Assembly (NCBI GenBank): GCA_963720265.1
Contig: CAVRET010000002.1
Coordinates: forward strand, 750,069-814,068
Source of the DNA: an uncultured bacterium
Lineage (GTDB): Bacteria; Patescibacteriota; Saccharimonadia; UBA4664
DNA: 64,000 nt
Direction: 5' to 3'
Shown here piece by piece: positions 26,059-35,633 of the stretch (within the stretch, counting starts at the first letter, position 1; the number at the start of each line of letters is the position of its first letter). Under the pieces are notes generated by a model. That model saw only the letters and a program-made list of their open reading frames with translations. It ran no database searches and was not told where the DNA came from. Made by a program: the position numbers and the translations under genes.

Positions 26059-26319
26059 ATGCGAACCATCGGCTCCAAGTATCAAATCCAGGGCGACGTC
26101 ATGTGCACCTCAAACGGCCAACCCATACCGGCTGATGAGCCACTTATGTTATTCCGCGGCCGCGACCGTTTACTCCCGGCTCTGCTCGATTATTACCTGC
26201 AACTGCGCCAGCAAAGCGGCATGACGCCTGAGCAGCTTGCCGACCTACAAGCCCAGGTAGATGCCATCAAACAATGGCAGGCCAGTTACCCCGACCGACT
26301 CAAAATGCCGACCAAATAG
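26059..26319 (+). CDS. hypothetical small protein (86 aa)
   Basis: ORF convergent with the regulator gene. An operator-like half-site GTTTCACTAT lies at 25993-26002 upstream. Confidence 0.35.
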   Translation: MRTIGSKYQIQGDVMCTSNGQPIPADEPLMLFRGRDRLLPALLDYYLQLRQQSGMTPEQLADLQAQVDAIKQWQASYPDRLKMPTK

Positions 26320-26321
26320 GC

Positions 26322-27026
26322 CTAATAGCTGTCCATCTCCATCGTCACCTCACTCATCTGAAGACTCTCAGACATCGAAGTCTCAATCATTTCAACTGAG
26401 CCCCGCATGGTTTTTGGTGACTTTCGAAGCTCATCAAGGGTTAGCCAAATGTTTTTGTTACCCTTAATACCAATCTCTTTAAACGTACCGCTGACGTACT
26501 GCGCGCTGAAAATAAAGAAGAATTTATCCTGTACGATTCGGCCGATGTACTTGTCTTTGTAGTGGGCGAGTCCACACAGTTTAACGGTGCACTCAAATCC
26601 CGCCTGCTCACGCATGGCCCGCTTAGCGGCGTCAGCCACGTCTTCGCCAAAGAACACCTTGTCACCCGGACTGCCATATGTCCCCCTATAAGGCACGATC
26701 ATCCGCTCTTGCATTAAGAAGTAGCGCTGCCCGTTTTCCATTTTCGAAAGATGTACTCGCACAGCCAAAAAACCCTGAACAATAAAGCTGTTCTTGTTCG
26801 GATACAGCATGATAGCTCGGCTCCGGCCCAATACAGACAGTGTGTACATTCCGTCAGCTTGCTTTTCGATCAACCCATACTTCTTTAGCTGTCGTAAATG
26901 GTACGAAAACTGGTCGCTCGGAACGTTGTCCACATTGATCTCGGCAAAGCGCAAGCTGTCACGCAAAAACAGCTGGCGCATAATGCCCATCTGAATATCG
27001 TTATTAATATCACGGTCTTGCTGCAT
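26322..27026 (-). CDS. winged-HTH plus NUDIX fusion protein (putative Nudix-type transcriptional regulator)
   Basis: N-terminal wHTH (FSYHLRQLKKYGLIEKQADGMYTLSVLG) and a C-terminal Nudix fold with box GDKVFFGEDVADAAKRAMREQAG. GC is lower than surrounding DNA. A palindromic site abuts TATAAT just upstream. Confidence 0.6.
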   Translation of the reverse strand: MQQDRDINNDIQMGIMRQLFLRDSLRFAEINVDNVPSDQFSYHLRQLKKYGLIEKQADGMYTLSVLGRSRAIMLYPNKNSFIVQGFLAVRVHLSKMENGQRYFLMQERMIVPYRGTYGSPGDKVFFGEDVADAAKRAMREQAGFECTVKLCGLAHYKDKYIGRIVQDKFFFIFSAQYVSGTFKEIGIKGNKNIWLTLDELRKSPKTMRGSVEMIETSMSESLQMSEVTMEMDSY

Positions 27027-27060
27027 AAGGACATTATTGTATACCGGGCGTCAAATTATA

Positions 27061-27076
27061 GTGAAACGCCCTTCAC
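27061..27076. promoter_or_regulatory. palindromic operator-like site GTGAA-N6-TTCAC, immediately followed (minus strand) by TATAAT, upstream of regulator gene
   Basis: gtgaaacgcccttcac. On the minus strand it reads GTGAAGGGCGTTTCAC-TATAAT (plus attata at 27055-27060), 28 nt before ATG 27026. It overlaps the stop codon of the NUDIX gene. Confidence 0.45.
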
Positions 27077-27522
27077 TACCTGGGACGCAGTCGCAGCCAA
27101 GCCCGAATCGCATCCGGCTCTGGACCCATTACATCGTACACATCGATTTCATCTGGATTCACCCATCGGAAATCATCGTGTTCATCACTGAGAGTGACCG
27201 TTTTCGAAACGCATCTGCAAGATAGAAACATTGCCACAATATGGTGCGCCTGTCCGGAAATCACCGGAAACCATTCACCCACAAACACTGGATGCCCAAT
27301 CTCGATTTCCAGCCCGGTTTCTTCCCGCACCTCTCGCCTTAAGCCGTCAAAAAAAGGTTCGCCGGGGGTAATGCGCCCACCGGGGACATGGTATCGGCCG
27401 TGGTTGGTACCTTCCTTGTATGTTGTTGCCTCACGCAATATCAACAGCTTACCTTCAGTATTCATGATCAGCGCTTTGGCAGCGACTCTTTGGCGGATGC
27501 TTTCTGAAGTTGGCATGGCCAA
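27076..27522 (-). CDS. NUDIX hydrolase
   Basis: Perfect Nudix box GGRITPGEPFFDGLRREVREETGL. The start is either ATG 27516 or TTG 27522. A TAATATTATTT element lies immediately upstream, giving a near-leaderless arrangement. Confidence 0.7.
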   Translation of the reverse strand: MAMPTSESIRQRVAAKALIMNTEGKLLILREATTYKEGTNHGRYHVPGGRITPGEPFFDGLRREVREETGLEIEIGHPVFVGEWFPVISGQAHHIVAMFLSCRCVSKTVTLSDEHDDFRWVNPDEIDVYDVMGPEPDAIRAWLRLRPR

Positions 27523-27566
27523 ATAATATTACGACACAATTCTCCGATATAGTGAAGGTCTGTTAA

Positions 27567-27582
27567 GTGAAGGGCGTTTCAC
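27567..27582. promoter_or_regulatory. second copy of GTGAA-N6-TTCAC operator-like palindrome, upstream of NUDIX gene
   Basis: gtgaagggcgtttcac is the exact reverse complement of the site at 27061-27076. It lies 45-60 nt upstream of the NUDIX start. A partial repeat CTTCACTATATC sits between it and the -10-like TAATAT. Confidence 0.45.
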
Positions 27583-27676
27583 CAAAGTCGGTTATAATGG
27601 CGCCATGATGCGAACCGTGCTCTTTGTCCCAATCGCATAAGCATAACCAGTAATGCTCTGGTAGAATAAGCCTACC

Positions 27677-28870
27677 ATGAACACCACTGCGGAGCCGCCT
27701 ACGGCAACTGTCATACCAGGTGCCACCAGCGATCGCGACCGCTACATCAAGCTGGTTGAAGACGCCACGGGCACACCTTTTCGGCCCGGCAACCAATTTA
27801 CCATCCTACAAAACGGCGACGAAATCTTCCCAGCTATGCTTGCGGGCATCCGCTCAGCCAAGTCGAGCATCGAGTTTGTAACCTATGTGTATTGGCATAG
27901 CCGCATTGCCAACGATTTTGCCGAAGCCCTGGCCGAGCGCGCCCGTGCCGGAGTGCGGGTACGGTTGCTCGTCGACGCCATCGGCGGCGCCATCATGAAT
28001 TCGCGTACCGTTTGGCAGCTTGAGCGCTCAGGCGTTAAACTGGCCTGGTTCCGTCCCGCCCGCTTCCAATATTTGTCCAAGCTCAACAATCGCACCCACC
28101 GCAAGCTGCTCGTAATCGACGGCGCCCTTGGCTTTACCGGCGGCGTGGGCATTGCCGACCAATGGGCCGGCCACGCTGACACCTCCGGTCATTTCCGCGA
28201 AACCCACTGCCAAATTATCGGGCCGGCCTGCGCCGATCTCCATGCCTCGTTTGCCGAAAGCTGGCTTGACGCCACCCACGAACGGCTGAAACCCCCGACC
28301 GCACTCGAGCCCGTAGGCAACATTGCTGTTCACACCACCAACTCCACCGCCGGCCGCCGCCCCACCGCGATTGGGCGGCTGTTTTTAAACATTATCGCCT
28401 CGGCTCGCCACAGGCTATGGATTACCACCGCCTATTTTGTACCCAACGAATACTTCATCGCCGCTCTGTCGGCCGCTGCTGCCCGCGGTGTAGAGGTGCG
28501 TGTGCTGACCAACGGTCCGCAGTCAAACCACAAAGTTACGCAACTCGCCGGCCGCGCCACCTATGCCCCTCTGCTCGCCGCCGGCGTCCGCTTATACGAA
28601 TACCAAGGCACCGTGCTCCACTCCAAAGTGCTCACGGCCGATAGCGCCTGGGCCACCATTGGCACCACCAACCTCGACGATCGCTCACTCATCCTCAACG
28701 ACGAGGTTAATGTCTCAACTGTTGATCCCGGCATCGTAAGCGCCCTTGACCGCCAATTTGAGGCCGACGTGAGCCGGGCCCGGGAAGTGCATGCGCCTCA
28801 TTGGGCCGCCCGCAGTTGGCCGGGCCGCGTGGCCGAAACCACTGCCGGCCTTTTCCGCCACCAACTGTAA
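27677..28870 (+). CDS. cls: cardiolipin synthase / phospholipase D family protein
   Basis: Two HKD motifs: HRKLLVIDGALGFTGGVGIADQW and HSKVLTADSAWATIGTTNLDDRS. About 397 aa. Confidence 0.75.
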   Translation: MNTTAEPPTATVIPGATSDRDRYIKLVEDATGTPFRPGNQFTILQNGDEIFPAMLAGIRSAKSSIEFVTYVYWHSRIANDFAEALAERARAGVRVRLLVDAIGGAIMNSRTVWQLERSGVKLAWFRPARFQYLSKLNNRTHRKLLVIDGALGFTGGVGIADQWAGHADTSGHFRETHCQIIGPACADLHASFAESWLDATHERLKPPTALEPVGNIAVHTTNSTAGRRPTAIGRLFLNIIASARHRLWITTAYFVPNEYFIAALSAAAARGVEVRVLTNGPQSNHKVTQLAGRATYAPLLAAGVRLYEYQGTVLHSKVLTADSAWATIGTTNLDDRSLILNDEVNVSTVDPGIVSALDRQFEADVSRAREVHAPHWAARSWPGRVAETTAGLFRHQL

Positions 28871-28931
28871 AGCCGCATTTCAGGCAAAAAGTACCGAGTA
28901 ATGCTACACTCGTTTCGTTAGAGGAAAACGA

Positions 28932-29826
28932 CATGTCAAAGAAAATTACCAAAGCTGTAATCGCTGCCGCCGGCCTCGGTACCCGCTTTTTACCCATGAC
29001 TAAGGCTTTGCCCAAAGAAATGCTGCCCATCATCGACAAGCCCATCATCCAATACGTGGTTGAAGAAGCCGTGGCGGCCGGCATCACCGACGTCATTATC
29101 GTGGGCTCGGCCCACAAGCGCGCCATTGAAGATCATTTCGACCATTCACACGAGCTCGAGGCCAAGTTGACTCGCGACGGCAAGACCGAGGTTGTGGAAG
29201 AACTTACTCGCATCGCCGAGCTGGCAAATTTTGTCTACCTCCGCCAAAAACCAGTTTACAGCGGCAACGCTATCCCGATCTTAAATGCTGCCCACTTGCT
29301 CAACGACGACCCGTTTCTTTACCTGTATGCCGACGACTTTTTCCTGTCCGAAACCCCGCGCGCGGTCAGTCTCGTGCGAGCGTACGAAGAACACGGCAAG
29401 TCCGTCATTGCGTTAGCCCCCATGCCGCGCGAACGGGCCGCTAGCTATGGTATTGCCGATGTGCGAGAGGAGATATCACCGGGGCTGTTTCATGTCGCCG
29501 CCCTGGTCGAAAAACCCATGCCGGAAGACGCCCCGCACAAGGACGGCAATATTTACGTTTCCACTTCGGGCATGGCCTTAACGCCCGACATTATTCCAAT
29601 CCTGCACGAGCAACAGCCCGACCCGCGCAACGGCGAATTATGGGTCAGCCAAGCCGTCAACACATTGGCTAGCCGCGACACGGTCTATGGCCAGGTCATC
29701 GAAGGCCGCTGGCACGACGCCGGTAATAAAGAGAAATACCTTGAGGCCATTGTGGACGTCGCACTCGCCGATCCAGCCATTGCTCCGGTTTTCCGTGAAT
29801 ATCTAAAGGGTAAACTCGGAGCATAA
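28932..29826 (+). CDS. galU: UTP--glucose-1-phosphate uridylyltransferase
   Basis: KAVIAAAGLGTRFLPMTKALPKEMLPIIDKPIIQYVVEEA is the canonical GalU N-terminus. ATG at 28932; the ORF-track upstream extension is unlikely. Confidence 0.85.
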
Positions 29827-29861
29827 GCGTGTTCCCAGCAACAGGGAGTATAATCCCAACC

Positions 29862-30029
29862 ATGAGCAATAAGCGCCTCATCTGGCTGGGCGCCGGCGTC
29901 GGCGGCACCATTGGCAGTTTTGTACCCGCGATCTGGGGCGGCAGTCTGCTCGGCGGCTGGAGCATTCTCCTTTCCACCATCGGCGGCCTGGTCGGTATCT
30001 GGGCAGCCTATAAATATATCCACCGCTAA
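29862..30029 (+). CDS. small Gly-rich membrane protein (55 aa)
   Basis: MSNKRLIWLGAGVGGTIGSFVPAIWGGSLLGGWSILLSTIGGLVGIWAAYKYIHR is a two-TM small protein. The start is uncertain. Confidence 0.3.
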   Translation: MSNKRLIWLGAGVGGTIGSFVPAIWGGSLLGGWSILLSTIGGLVGIWAAYKYIHR

Positions 30030-30032
30030 GTC

Positions 30033-30302
30033 ATGGCTACCGCATCGGGCCCAACCGTCAAAATTTATACCACCAGCTGGTGCTCATTCTGTCGCGCCGA
30101 GAAGAAATTTCTTAACCAGCATGGCGTGGCCTATGATGCCCTCGACGTCGAAGCCGATCCCAAAGCAAGCGCCGAGCTGGCGAATCTTTCGCATCAGCTC
30201 GGCGTACCGTTTACGGTCATAATCAAACCCGACAGCTCCGTTGCCACAGTGCTCGGCTTCGACCGGGTGCGCATCTCGACTGTACTTGGCATTAGTAATT
30301 AG
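30033..30302 (+). CDS. glutaredoxin-family protein (NrdH/Grx-like)
   Basis: KIYTTSWCSFCRAEKKFLNQHGVAY shows the CxxC thioredoxin-fold active site in glutaredoxin context. Confidence 0.65.
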   Translation: MATASGPTVKIYTTSWCSFCRAEKKFLNQHGVAYDALDVEADPKASAELANLSHQLGVPFTVIIKPDSSVATVLGFDRVRISTVLGISN

Positions 30303-30325
30303 GGTCTAAACTGAGAGCCCGCCCA

Positions 30326-30589
30326 TTACATCGGCTGGTGCCGAAACGCCCGCACCAGTCCCAAAAGAATCACCGCACCCAAAATAGCCGTCAGTAGCGT
30401 CGGAACATTAAAGCCGGTCGTCGTTGGGGTCCCCAGCAACTCAAGCACAAAGCCCCCGATAATCGCACCGAGAATCCCCACGACCACATTCATCCAGTTA
30501 TTCACGCGCGCGTCCATGCCGGTGATGAGCGACGCAACCCAGCCGGCTATCGCGCCTAAAATAATCCACGTCACAATTGTCCAGAACAT
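30326..30589 (-). CDS. GlsB/YeaQ/YmgE family stress-response membrane protein
   Basis: MFWTIVTWIILGAIAGWVASLITG...VVGILGAIIGGFV is the family hallmark (transglycosylase-associated protein). Confidence 0.7.
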   Translation of the reverse strand: MFWTIVTWIILGAIAGWVASLITGMDARVNNWMNVVVGILGAIIGGFVLELLGTPTTTGFNVPTLLTAILGAVILLGLVRAFRHQPM

Positions 30590-30718
30590 GCTTATCCTCC
30601 TGTCTCACAATTAGTTGATAATGCTTTCCATAGGGTACCGTAGCAAATGGGCCGGTCGAAATGGGCATTTTGCCAATTCCATAAGCCCAGCCTCATTCTC
30701 CCGTGATATAATGCGCCA

Positions 30719-31252
30719 ATGAGCTATCCATTCAACCACATCCCATTTGGCAAACAAGGCGAGTTCGTCACCACCGTTATTGAGATTCCAAGAGATTCTA
30801 TGCTCAAAGTCGAGTGGCGCCGTCACGAAGAATACTTTGTGCTCGACCGCGTTGAGCCCGGTATTTTTGCCAAACCAGTCAGCTACGGCTTTATCCCGCA
30901 AACCCTGGACGCCGACGGCGACGAGCTCGACACCCTCGTAGTTACTGAAGAGCCGCTGCCGATGGGGCTGGTGATCCAGGAGGCGCGCGTCATCGGCATG
31001 GTAGACTTTCAAGACAACGGCGACGATGACTACAAAATTATTTGCGTGCCCGTCGACGATCGCAATCGCGGCCCCATCAAGCACGTCGACGAGCTCGGCG
31101 AGCAATGGAAGCGCCAAATTACTTACCACTTTGATCACTACAAAGACTTAAAAAAAGGCGGCACCAAAGTGCGCGGCATCTTGGGCCCAGACGAGGCCTG
31201 GAAAATCATTGCCGAATGCGTGCAACGCGCCCAGGCCGAAAAATGGTGGTAA
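30719..31252 (+). CDS. ppa: inorganic pyrophosphatase
   Basis: DADGDELDTLVV and the surrounding family-I PPase motifs (YGFIPQTL, KIICV). 177 aa. Confidence 0.8.
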   Translation: MSYPFNHIPFGKQGEFVTTVIEIPRDSMLKVEWRRHEEYFVLDRVEPGIFAKPVSYGFIPQTLDADGDELDTLVVTEEPLPMGLVIQEARVIGMVDFQDNGDDDYKIICVPVDDRNRGPIKHVDELGEQWKRQITYHFDHYKDLKKGGTKVRGILGPDEAWKIIAECVQRAQAEKWW

Positions 31253-31259
31253 GTAAGGT

Positions 31260-31685
31260 TTGTCCCCGATCGATTTAGCGCACATTCTCAACCGCACCAG
31301 CCGCGCCGTTGGTGCGCTCGTAACCAGACCAGACGGCCGCCTGCTCATGGTGCGCGATCGCCTGCGGCGCGAATGGTCGTACCCGGCCGGCTACGTTGAC
31401 CGCGGCGAGCAGCCGCTCGAAGCCGCCCTTCGCGAGCTGCGCGAGGAGGTCAACATCCGCCTCACGTCCGACCGTCTTGAATTCGCCGGCACCCGGGTTA
31501 TCAAACGTCCCTTAGGAAAGCTTGAATTCACTACCTACCGGGCGGGCGTCACCACAGAAGAAATCGCGAATCTCAAACTCCAAGCCATCGAGCTTACCGC
31601 CTACAAATGGGTCACGCCGGATGAAGCCCTTGAGCTCACCTCTGCCCGCCTCCGGCCGCGCCTGCGCGAACTACTGTCAGCCTAA
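31260..31685 (+). CDS. NUDIX hydrolase
   Basis: Nudix box GYVDRGEQPLEAALRELREEVNI. Confidence 0.65.
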   Translation: MSPIDLAHILNRTSRAVGALVTRPDGRLLMVRDRLRREWSYPAGYVDRGEQPLEAALRELREEVNIRLTSDRLEFAGTRVIKRPLGKLEFTTYRAGVTTEEIANLKLQAIELTAYKWVTPDEALELTSARLRPRLRELLSA

Positions 31686-32185
31686 GACGCTCGTTCTAAC
31701 TGTTCCCGAGCAGCAGCCACAGCGCTAAGCACGTGGCCCCGATTTTTACTTTCCGGCAGAGTTTCTTCAGTAAACCAGCCAATTTCCGCAATCTCGCTCG
31801 TGGGCTGAATTTGATCCCTCGCCACGCGGCCAGCAAAAATATAACGCGCTGAAACACCGTCGTCATTTACAAGTTCATCAACGGCGACCAAGCCAACATC
31901 GGTAGCCGCCAAGCCGATCTCTTCCTCAAGCTCCCGCGCCGCCGCCCCGTCCGGCGCTTCGGCCTGACCTTGCGCATGATCGAACTTACCGCCAGGCAAC
32001 TTCCAATTTTCTGTATCGTCGGCCTCAGTTAAAGCCAAAAATGATTCCGGATCCTCAAGATCAAAAAGCACGATCCTGACACTATCAGTCGGGCGGCGAA
32101 CTTCGGGCGATGTATCTCCATTTGCTGGCCGTTCCTGTTCGACCGGGTGCTCAGCCTCAAAATGCTCATTCATGGGCTCAAGCAT
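31682..32185 (-). CDS. NUDIX hydrolase
   Basis: Nudix box GGKFDHAQGQAEAPDGAAARELEEEIGL. The start is assigned to the internal ATG at 32185 (MLEPMNEHF) to avoid overlap with the divergent gene. Confidence 0.55.
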   Translation of the reverse strand: MLEPMNEHFEAEHPVEQERPANGDTSPEVRRPTDSVRIVLFDLEDPESFLALTEADDTENWKLPGGKFDHAQGQAEAPDGAAARELEEEIGLAATDVGLVAVDELVNDDGVSARYIFAGRVARDQIQPTSEIAEIGWFTEETLPESKNRGHVLSAVAAAREQLERAS

Positions 32186-32307
32186 ATCATGCCACCCGCA
32201 GCCGTTGACCGCACGGCCGGCCGCTGATCTTGTTGACGTTATCTCATCGCATGGGATTGATCCTATACCGTGTCGCATCTCGTACCCTCGGAAGGGAGGT
32301 TAACGAC

Positions 32308-32760
32308 ATGGTCATATCGCTCCTCACCTTGGCAGCCGGAATACTGCTGATAGTAATCGGAGAACCTGGCAGGTGGCGATCCTGCGCTGGCGGGGCCCTT
32401 ACCCTCCTCGGGGTCGTTTTTCTCTTCGACAGCTTTCCTGTGGCCGCAAGGGGATTCTTTGCCAGCGCCGGTAACTCCCTGGCCCACTGGTGGGACGCCG
32501 CTTTCAGAGGAGGGCCAGGTTTCAGCCCGACCGGCTTCGTCGTATTTGTCGTCGGGATCGGCCTCCTCATCCTTGGTTTGCGCAAGGTCAAGGGTAAAAA
32601 CTTGGTGGCAGTGTGCATCGGCGCCGGGCTCCTGCTCGCCATCGGTGCATTGGCGGCATCTTTCCCCGAGTTCGGAACCGCTACGTTGAACCTGGCGGTA
32701 GGGCTCTGGAAAGAGCTTGTGACTGCCTGGAAAGTCACATTTTCCGGCAAAACCTTCTAG
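32308..32760 (+). CDS. hypothetical membrane protein
   Basis: Four predicted TM helices. The start is likely MVISLLTLAAGILLIV. Confidence 0.4.
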   Translation: MVISLLTLAAGILLIVIGEPGRWRSCAGGALTLLGVVFLFDSFPVAARGFFASAGNSLAHWWDAAFRGGPGFSPTGFVVFVVGIGLLILGLRKVKGKNLVAVCIGAGLLLAIGALAASFPEFGTATLNLAVGLWKELVTAWKVTFSGKTF

Positions 32761-32921
32761 TTGCGACCGTCACGCCATCGACACCGGACCGATACCTATT
32801 CGCCCCAGCCCCGCGCCGCCGAGCCTTACCGCTTGGCGGCCGGGGCGCGACTTTTGAGCGTAACTTGCTTTAAACTACTTTTGCTTATATGGTTGAACCA
32901 ACAAAGGATCAACACAAAGAC

Positions 32922-33932
32922 ATGAGCTACAAAATTGCCATTAACGGCTTCGGCCGCATCGGCCGCAACGCCTTCAAGATTGCCCGCCAGCATCCCGAGC
33001 TGGAGGTGGTCGCCATCAACGACCTCACGGTGCCGTCCACGCTGGCGCACTTACTAAAGCACGATTCCAATTACGGCGCCTACCACGAAGACGTGTCGGC
33101 CGATGAGAAAAACCTCATTGTTGGTGGAGATAAAATCCAGGTAATCGCCGAAAAAGACCCTTCGGCGCTGCCATGGGGCGACCTTGGCGTCGACGTCGTT
33201 ATTGAGTCCACCGGCCGCTTCACTCACCACGACGATCTGCAAAAACACATCGACGCCGGCGCCAAAAAGGTCGTACTGTCAGCTCCGGAAAAAGACGATC
33301 ACACTCACGATACCATTGTGATCGGCGCCAACGAGGATACGCTTGAGCCGCACCACACCATCGTTGATAACGCTTCTTGTACTACTAACTGCATTGCTCC
33401 AATTATGGCTGTGTTAACGTCTAAACTCGGCGTTGAAAAATCCCTCATGACCACCGTCCACAGCTATACCGCCAGCCAAGCCCTTCAGGACGCGCCCAAC
33501 AAGGACCTGCGCGAAGGCCGCAACGCCGCGGAAAACATCGTTCCCACCACCACCGGCGCCGCCATTGCCGCCGCTCTCACCGTGCCCGCACTCAAAGAAA
33601 AATTCGACGGCCTCTCAATTCGCGTCCCCACGCCGGTCGTCTCCATTTCCGACATCACGCTCGTCGCCAAGCGCGATACTACGGTGGAAGAGGTCAACGA
33701 AATTCTGAAAAAAGCCGCCGCCGAGCCCCGCTACCAGGGCATTCTGGACTACACCGACGAAGAACTCGTTAGTTCCGATTTCATCGGCAACCCGCATTCG
33801 GCCATCGTGGATTCAAAACTTACCAAGGTCGTGGGCGGCAACCTCGTGAAAGTGGTGGCCTGGTACGACAACGAATGGGGCTACTCCAATCGCCTGGTTG
33901 AACAAGTCTTAAACGTTGCGAAAGCGAACTAG
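32922..33932 (+). CDS. gap: type I glyceraldehyde-3-phosphate dehydrogenase
   Basis: INGFGRIGRN N-terminal motif and ASCTTNCIAP active-site block with the catalytic Cys, plus the WYDNEWGYS C-terminal motif. Confidence 0.9.
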   Translation: MSYKIAINGFGRIGRNAFKIARQHPELEVVAINDLTVPSTLAHLLKHDSNYGAYHEDVSADEKNLIVGGDKIQVIAEKDPSALPWGDLGVDVVIESTGRFTHHDDLQKHIDAGAKKVVLSAPEKDDHTHDTIVIGANEDTLEPHHTIVDNASCTTNCIAPIMAVLTSKLGVEKSLMTTVHSYTASQALQDAPNKDLREGRNAAENIVPTTTGAAIAAALTVPALKEKFDGLSIRVPTPVVSISDITLVAKRDTTVEEVNEILKKAAAEPRYQGILDYTDEELVSSDFIGNPHSAIVDSKLTKVVGGNLVKVVAWYDNEWGYSNRLVEQVLNVAKAN

Positions 33933-34017
33933 ATAATTCAATCAACACTGCCGGTGGACGGGAGCGTCTAGCGCCCCCGTCCACCGGCTTGAGAAAGGTC
34001 GTCGTGCTCCACCTTCC

Positions 34018-34368
34018 TCAGGGCGATGAGGGTAGAGTCTCGCCCGCGGGTTCATGGCTAACCAGCGACAGCAGCGTCGCGAGCGCGTCCGCCCGCTCAT
34101 CGGGCCTCGTGTAATAGAGGCAGGGTTTATGGACCGTCCAGGTGCTATCGCCCGCGCGAACAATAGCAAAAAGCCAGTTTCCGTGACCGACACTGAATAC
34201 GCAGTGAACAACACGAACCTCAGCATTGCCCACTTCACCGGACGACACCGGATTGGCCATAGCCGGCGTGCCACCAATCGTGACAGCTACGCCTCCGGTT
34301 GTTGGTAGCTCAGCTAGTTCGAGAGGCAGCAGGCCTTCAAGCCTGACGTACATCTGCAGAATTGACAT
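34018..34368 (-). CDS. hypothetical protein (116 aa)
   Basis: ATG 34368 with GAAGGAGTGG 6 nt upstream. There is an alternative antisense ORF on plus. Low confidence. Confidence 0.3.
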   Translation of the reverse strand: MSILQMYVRLEGLLPLELAELPTTGGVAVTIGGTPAMANPVSSGEVGNAEVRVVHCVFSVGHGNWLFAIVRAGDSTWTVHKPCLYYTRPDERADALATLLSLVSHEPAGETLPSSP

Positions 34369-34484
34369 GTAAATTCCACTCCTTCGGCAAATCTGTGCAC
34401 CGGCCAGCCTATTATAAGCGATAGGTGTGAAGTGCAGCTGTAAACAACTTGCCCTAAACCTTCAAGTTACGCATACTGCTTATC

Positions 34485-34934
34485 ATGAAAGTTTTTATTG
34501 GCGCCGATCACGCCGGCTACGAGCTCAAAAACGTTATGCGTGAGCACTTGCATCACGCGGGGCACAAAGTGGTTGACGTTGGCGCCAAGACCCTTGACGA
34601 GGACGACGATTATCCTCGCTATGCCTATGCTATGGCGGCCAAAATACTTGGTGAGGAAGACGATGACGCCCACGGCATCCTCCTGTGCGGCTCGGGGCAA
34701 GGCATGAGCATGGCCGCCAACCGCGTCAACGGCGTGCGCGCCGCCCTGGCCTGGAACGTCCAATCTGCCGCGTCTGCCAAAGAAGACGACAACGCCAACG
34801 TGCTGGTGCTGCCGGCCCGCTTCATCACCGACTACGCCGCCATTGAAATGGTCGACGCTTGGCTCGAAGCCAAATTTAAAAAAGATCCCAAATACCTCCG
34901 CCGCCTCGACGAGCTGGAGGAACTTTATGGCTAG
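34485..34934 (+). CDS. rpiB: ribose-5-phosphate isomerase B
   Basis: MKVFIGADHAGYELK start and a catalytic-Cys context LLCGSGQGMSMAANR. 149 aa. Confidence 0.85.
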   Translation: MKVFIGADHAGYELKNVMREHLHHAGHKVVDVGAKTLDEDDDYPRYAYAMAAKILGEEDDDAHGILLCGSGQGMSMAANRVNGVRAALAWNVQSAASAKEDDNANVLVLPARFITDYAAIEMVDAWLEAKFKKDPKYLRRLDELEELYG

Positions 34935-35565
34935 CGTCGCGCCCACGATTCTCGCCGCCACGCCCGAGGATTACGCCCGCCGCATCAACAACGTCAAACC
35001 TTTCGCTACCCGCCTCCACATCGACATTGCTGACGGCGTGTTCGAAGATCAGAAGTCTGTGGGATTATCCCAAATCTACGACATTGACGGCGTACCGTTC
35101 GATTTGCACCTCATGATGAATCACCCCGAAGGTCAATTTGAAGCCATCTGTGAGCTAGGCCCGCAGCTCGTCATTACGCACTTTGAAGCGCCGTTCGACC
35201 ACGAGGCCTTTTTCAAGCAACTCCGCGAGGTCGACATCAAAGTCGGCTTGGCGCTTAAGACCGAAACTACCGTTGAGCAAGCTAAGGATATGCTGGCGAA
35301 TATCGACCATCTCGTTGTCTTCACCGGCAAACTCGGCCACAACGGCGGTGAGTTCCGCGCCGACTGCCTGGATAAAATCGCTCAGGCCAGGGCCATTAAT
35401 GCAAATCTCGAAATCGGCGTCGATGGTGGCATTAACCAGGAAACCGCCCGCACCGCCATCGCAGCCGGCGCCGACCTGCTCGACGTTGGCAGCTTTATTC
35501 ACGACTCCGACGACCCCGAAATCGCCTACATCGCGATCCAGGCCATTGCCGAAGGCACGAGCTAA
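34926..35565 (+). CDS. rpe: ribulose-phosphate 3-epimerase family protein
   Basis: PTILAA (ILSAD-like) start, HIDIADGVF (HxDxMDGxF) metal-binding motif, and DGGIN near the C-terminus. The start overlaps the rpiB stop by 9 nt. Confidence 0.65.
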
Positions 35566-35633
35566 CTCAGCCGGGCCAAACCAACAAAAAAAGGGGTTCT
35601 AGGCCATAAACCAAGCCTAGAACCCCTCTTGTG

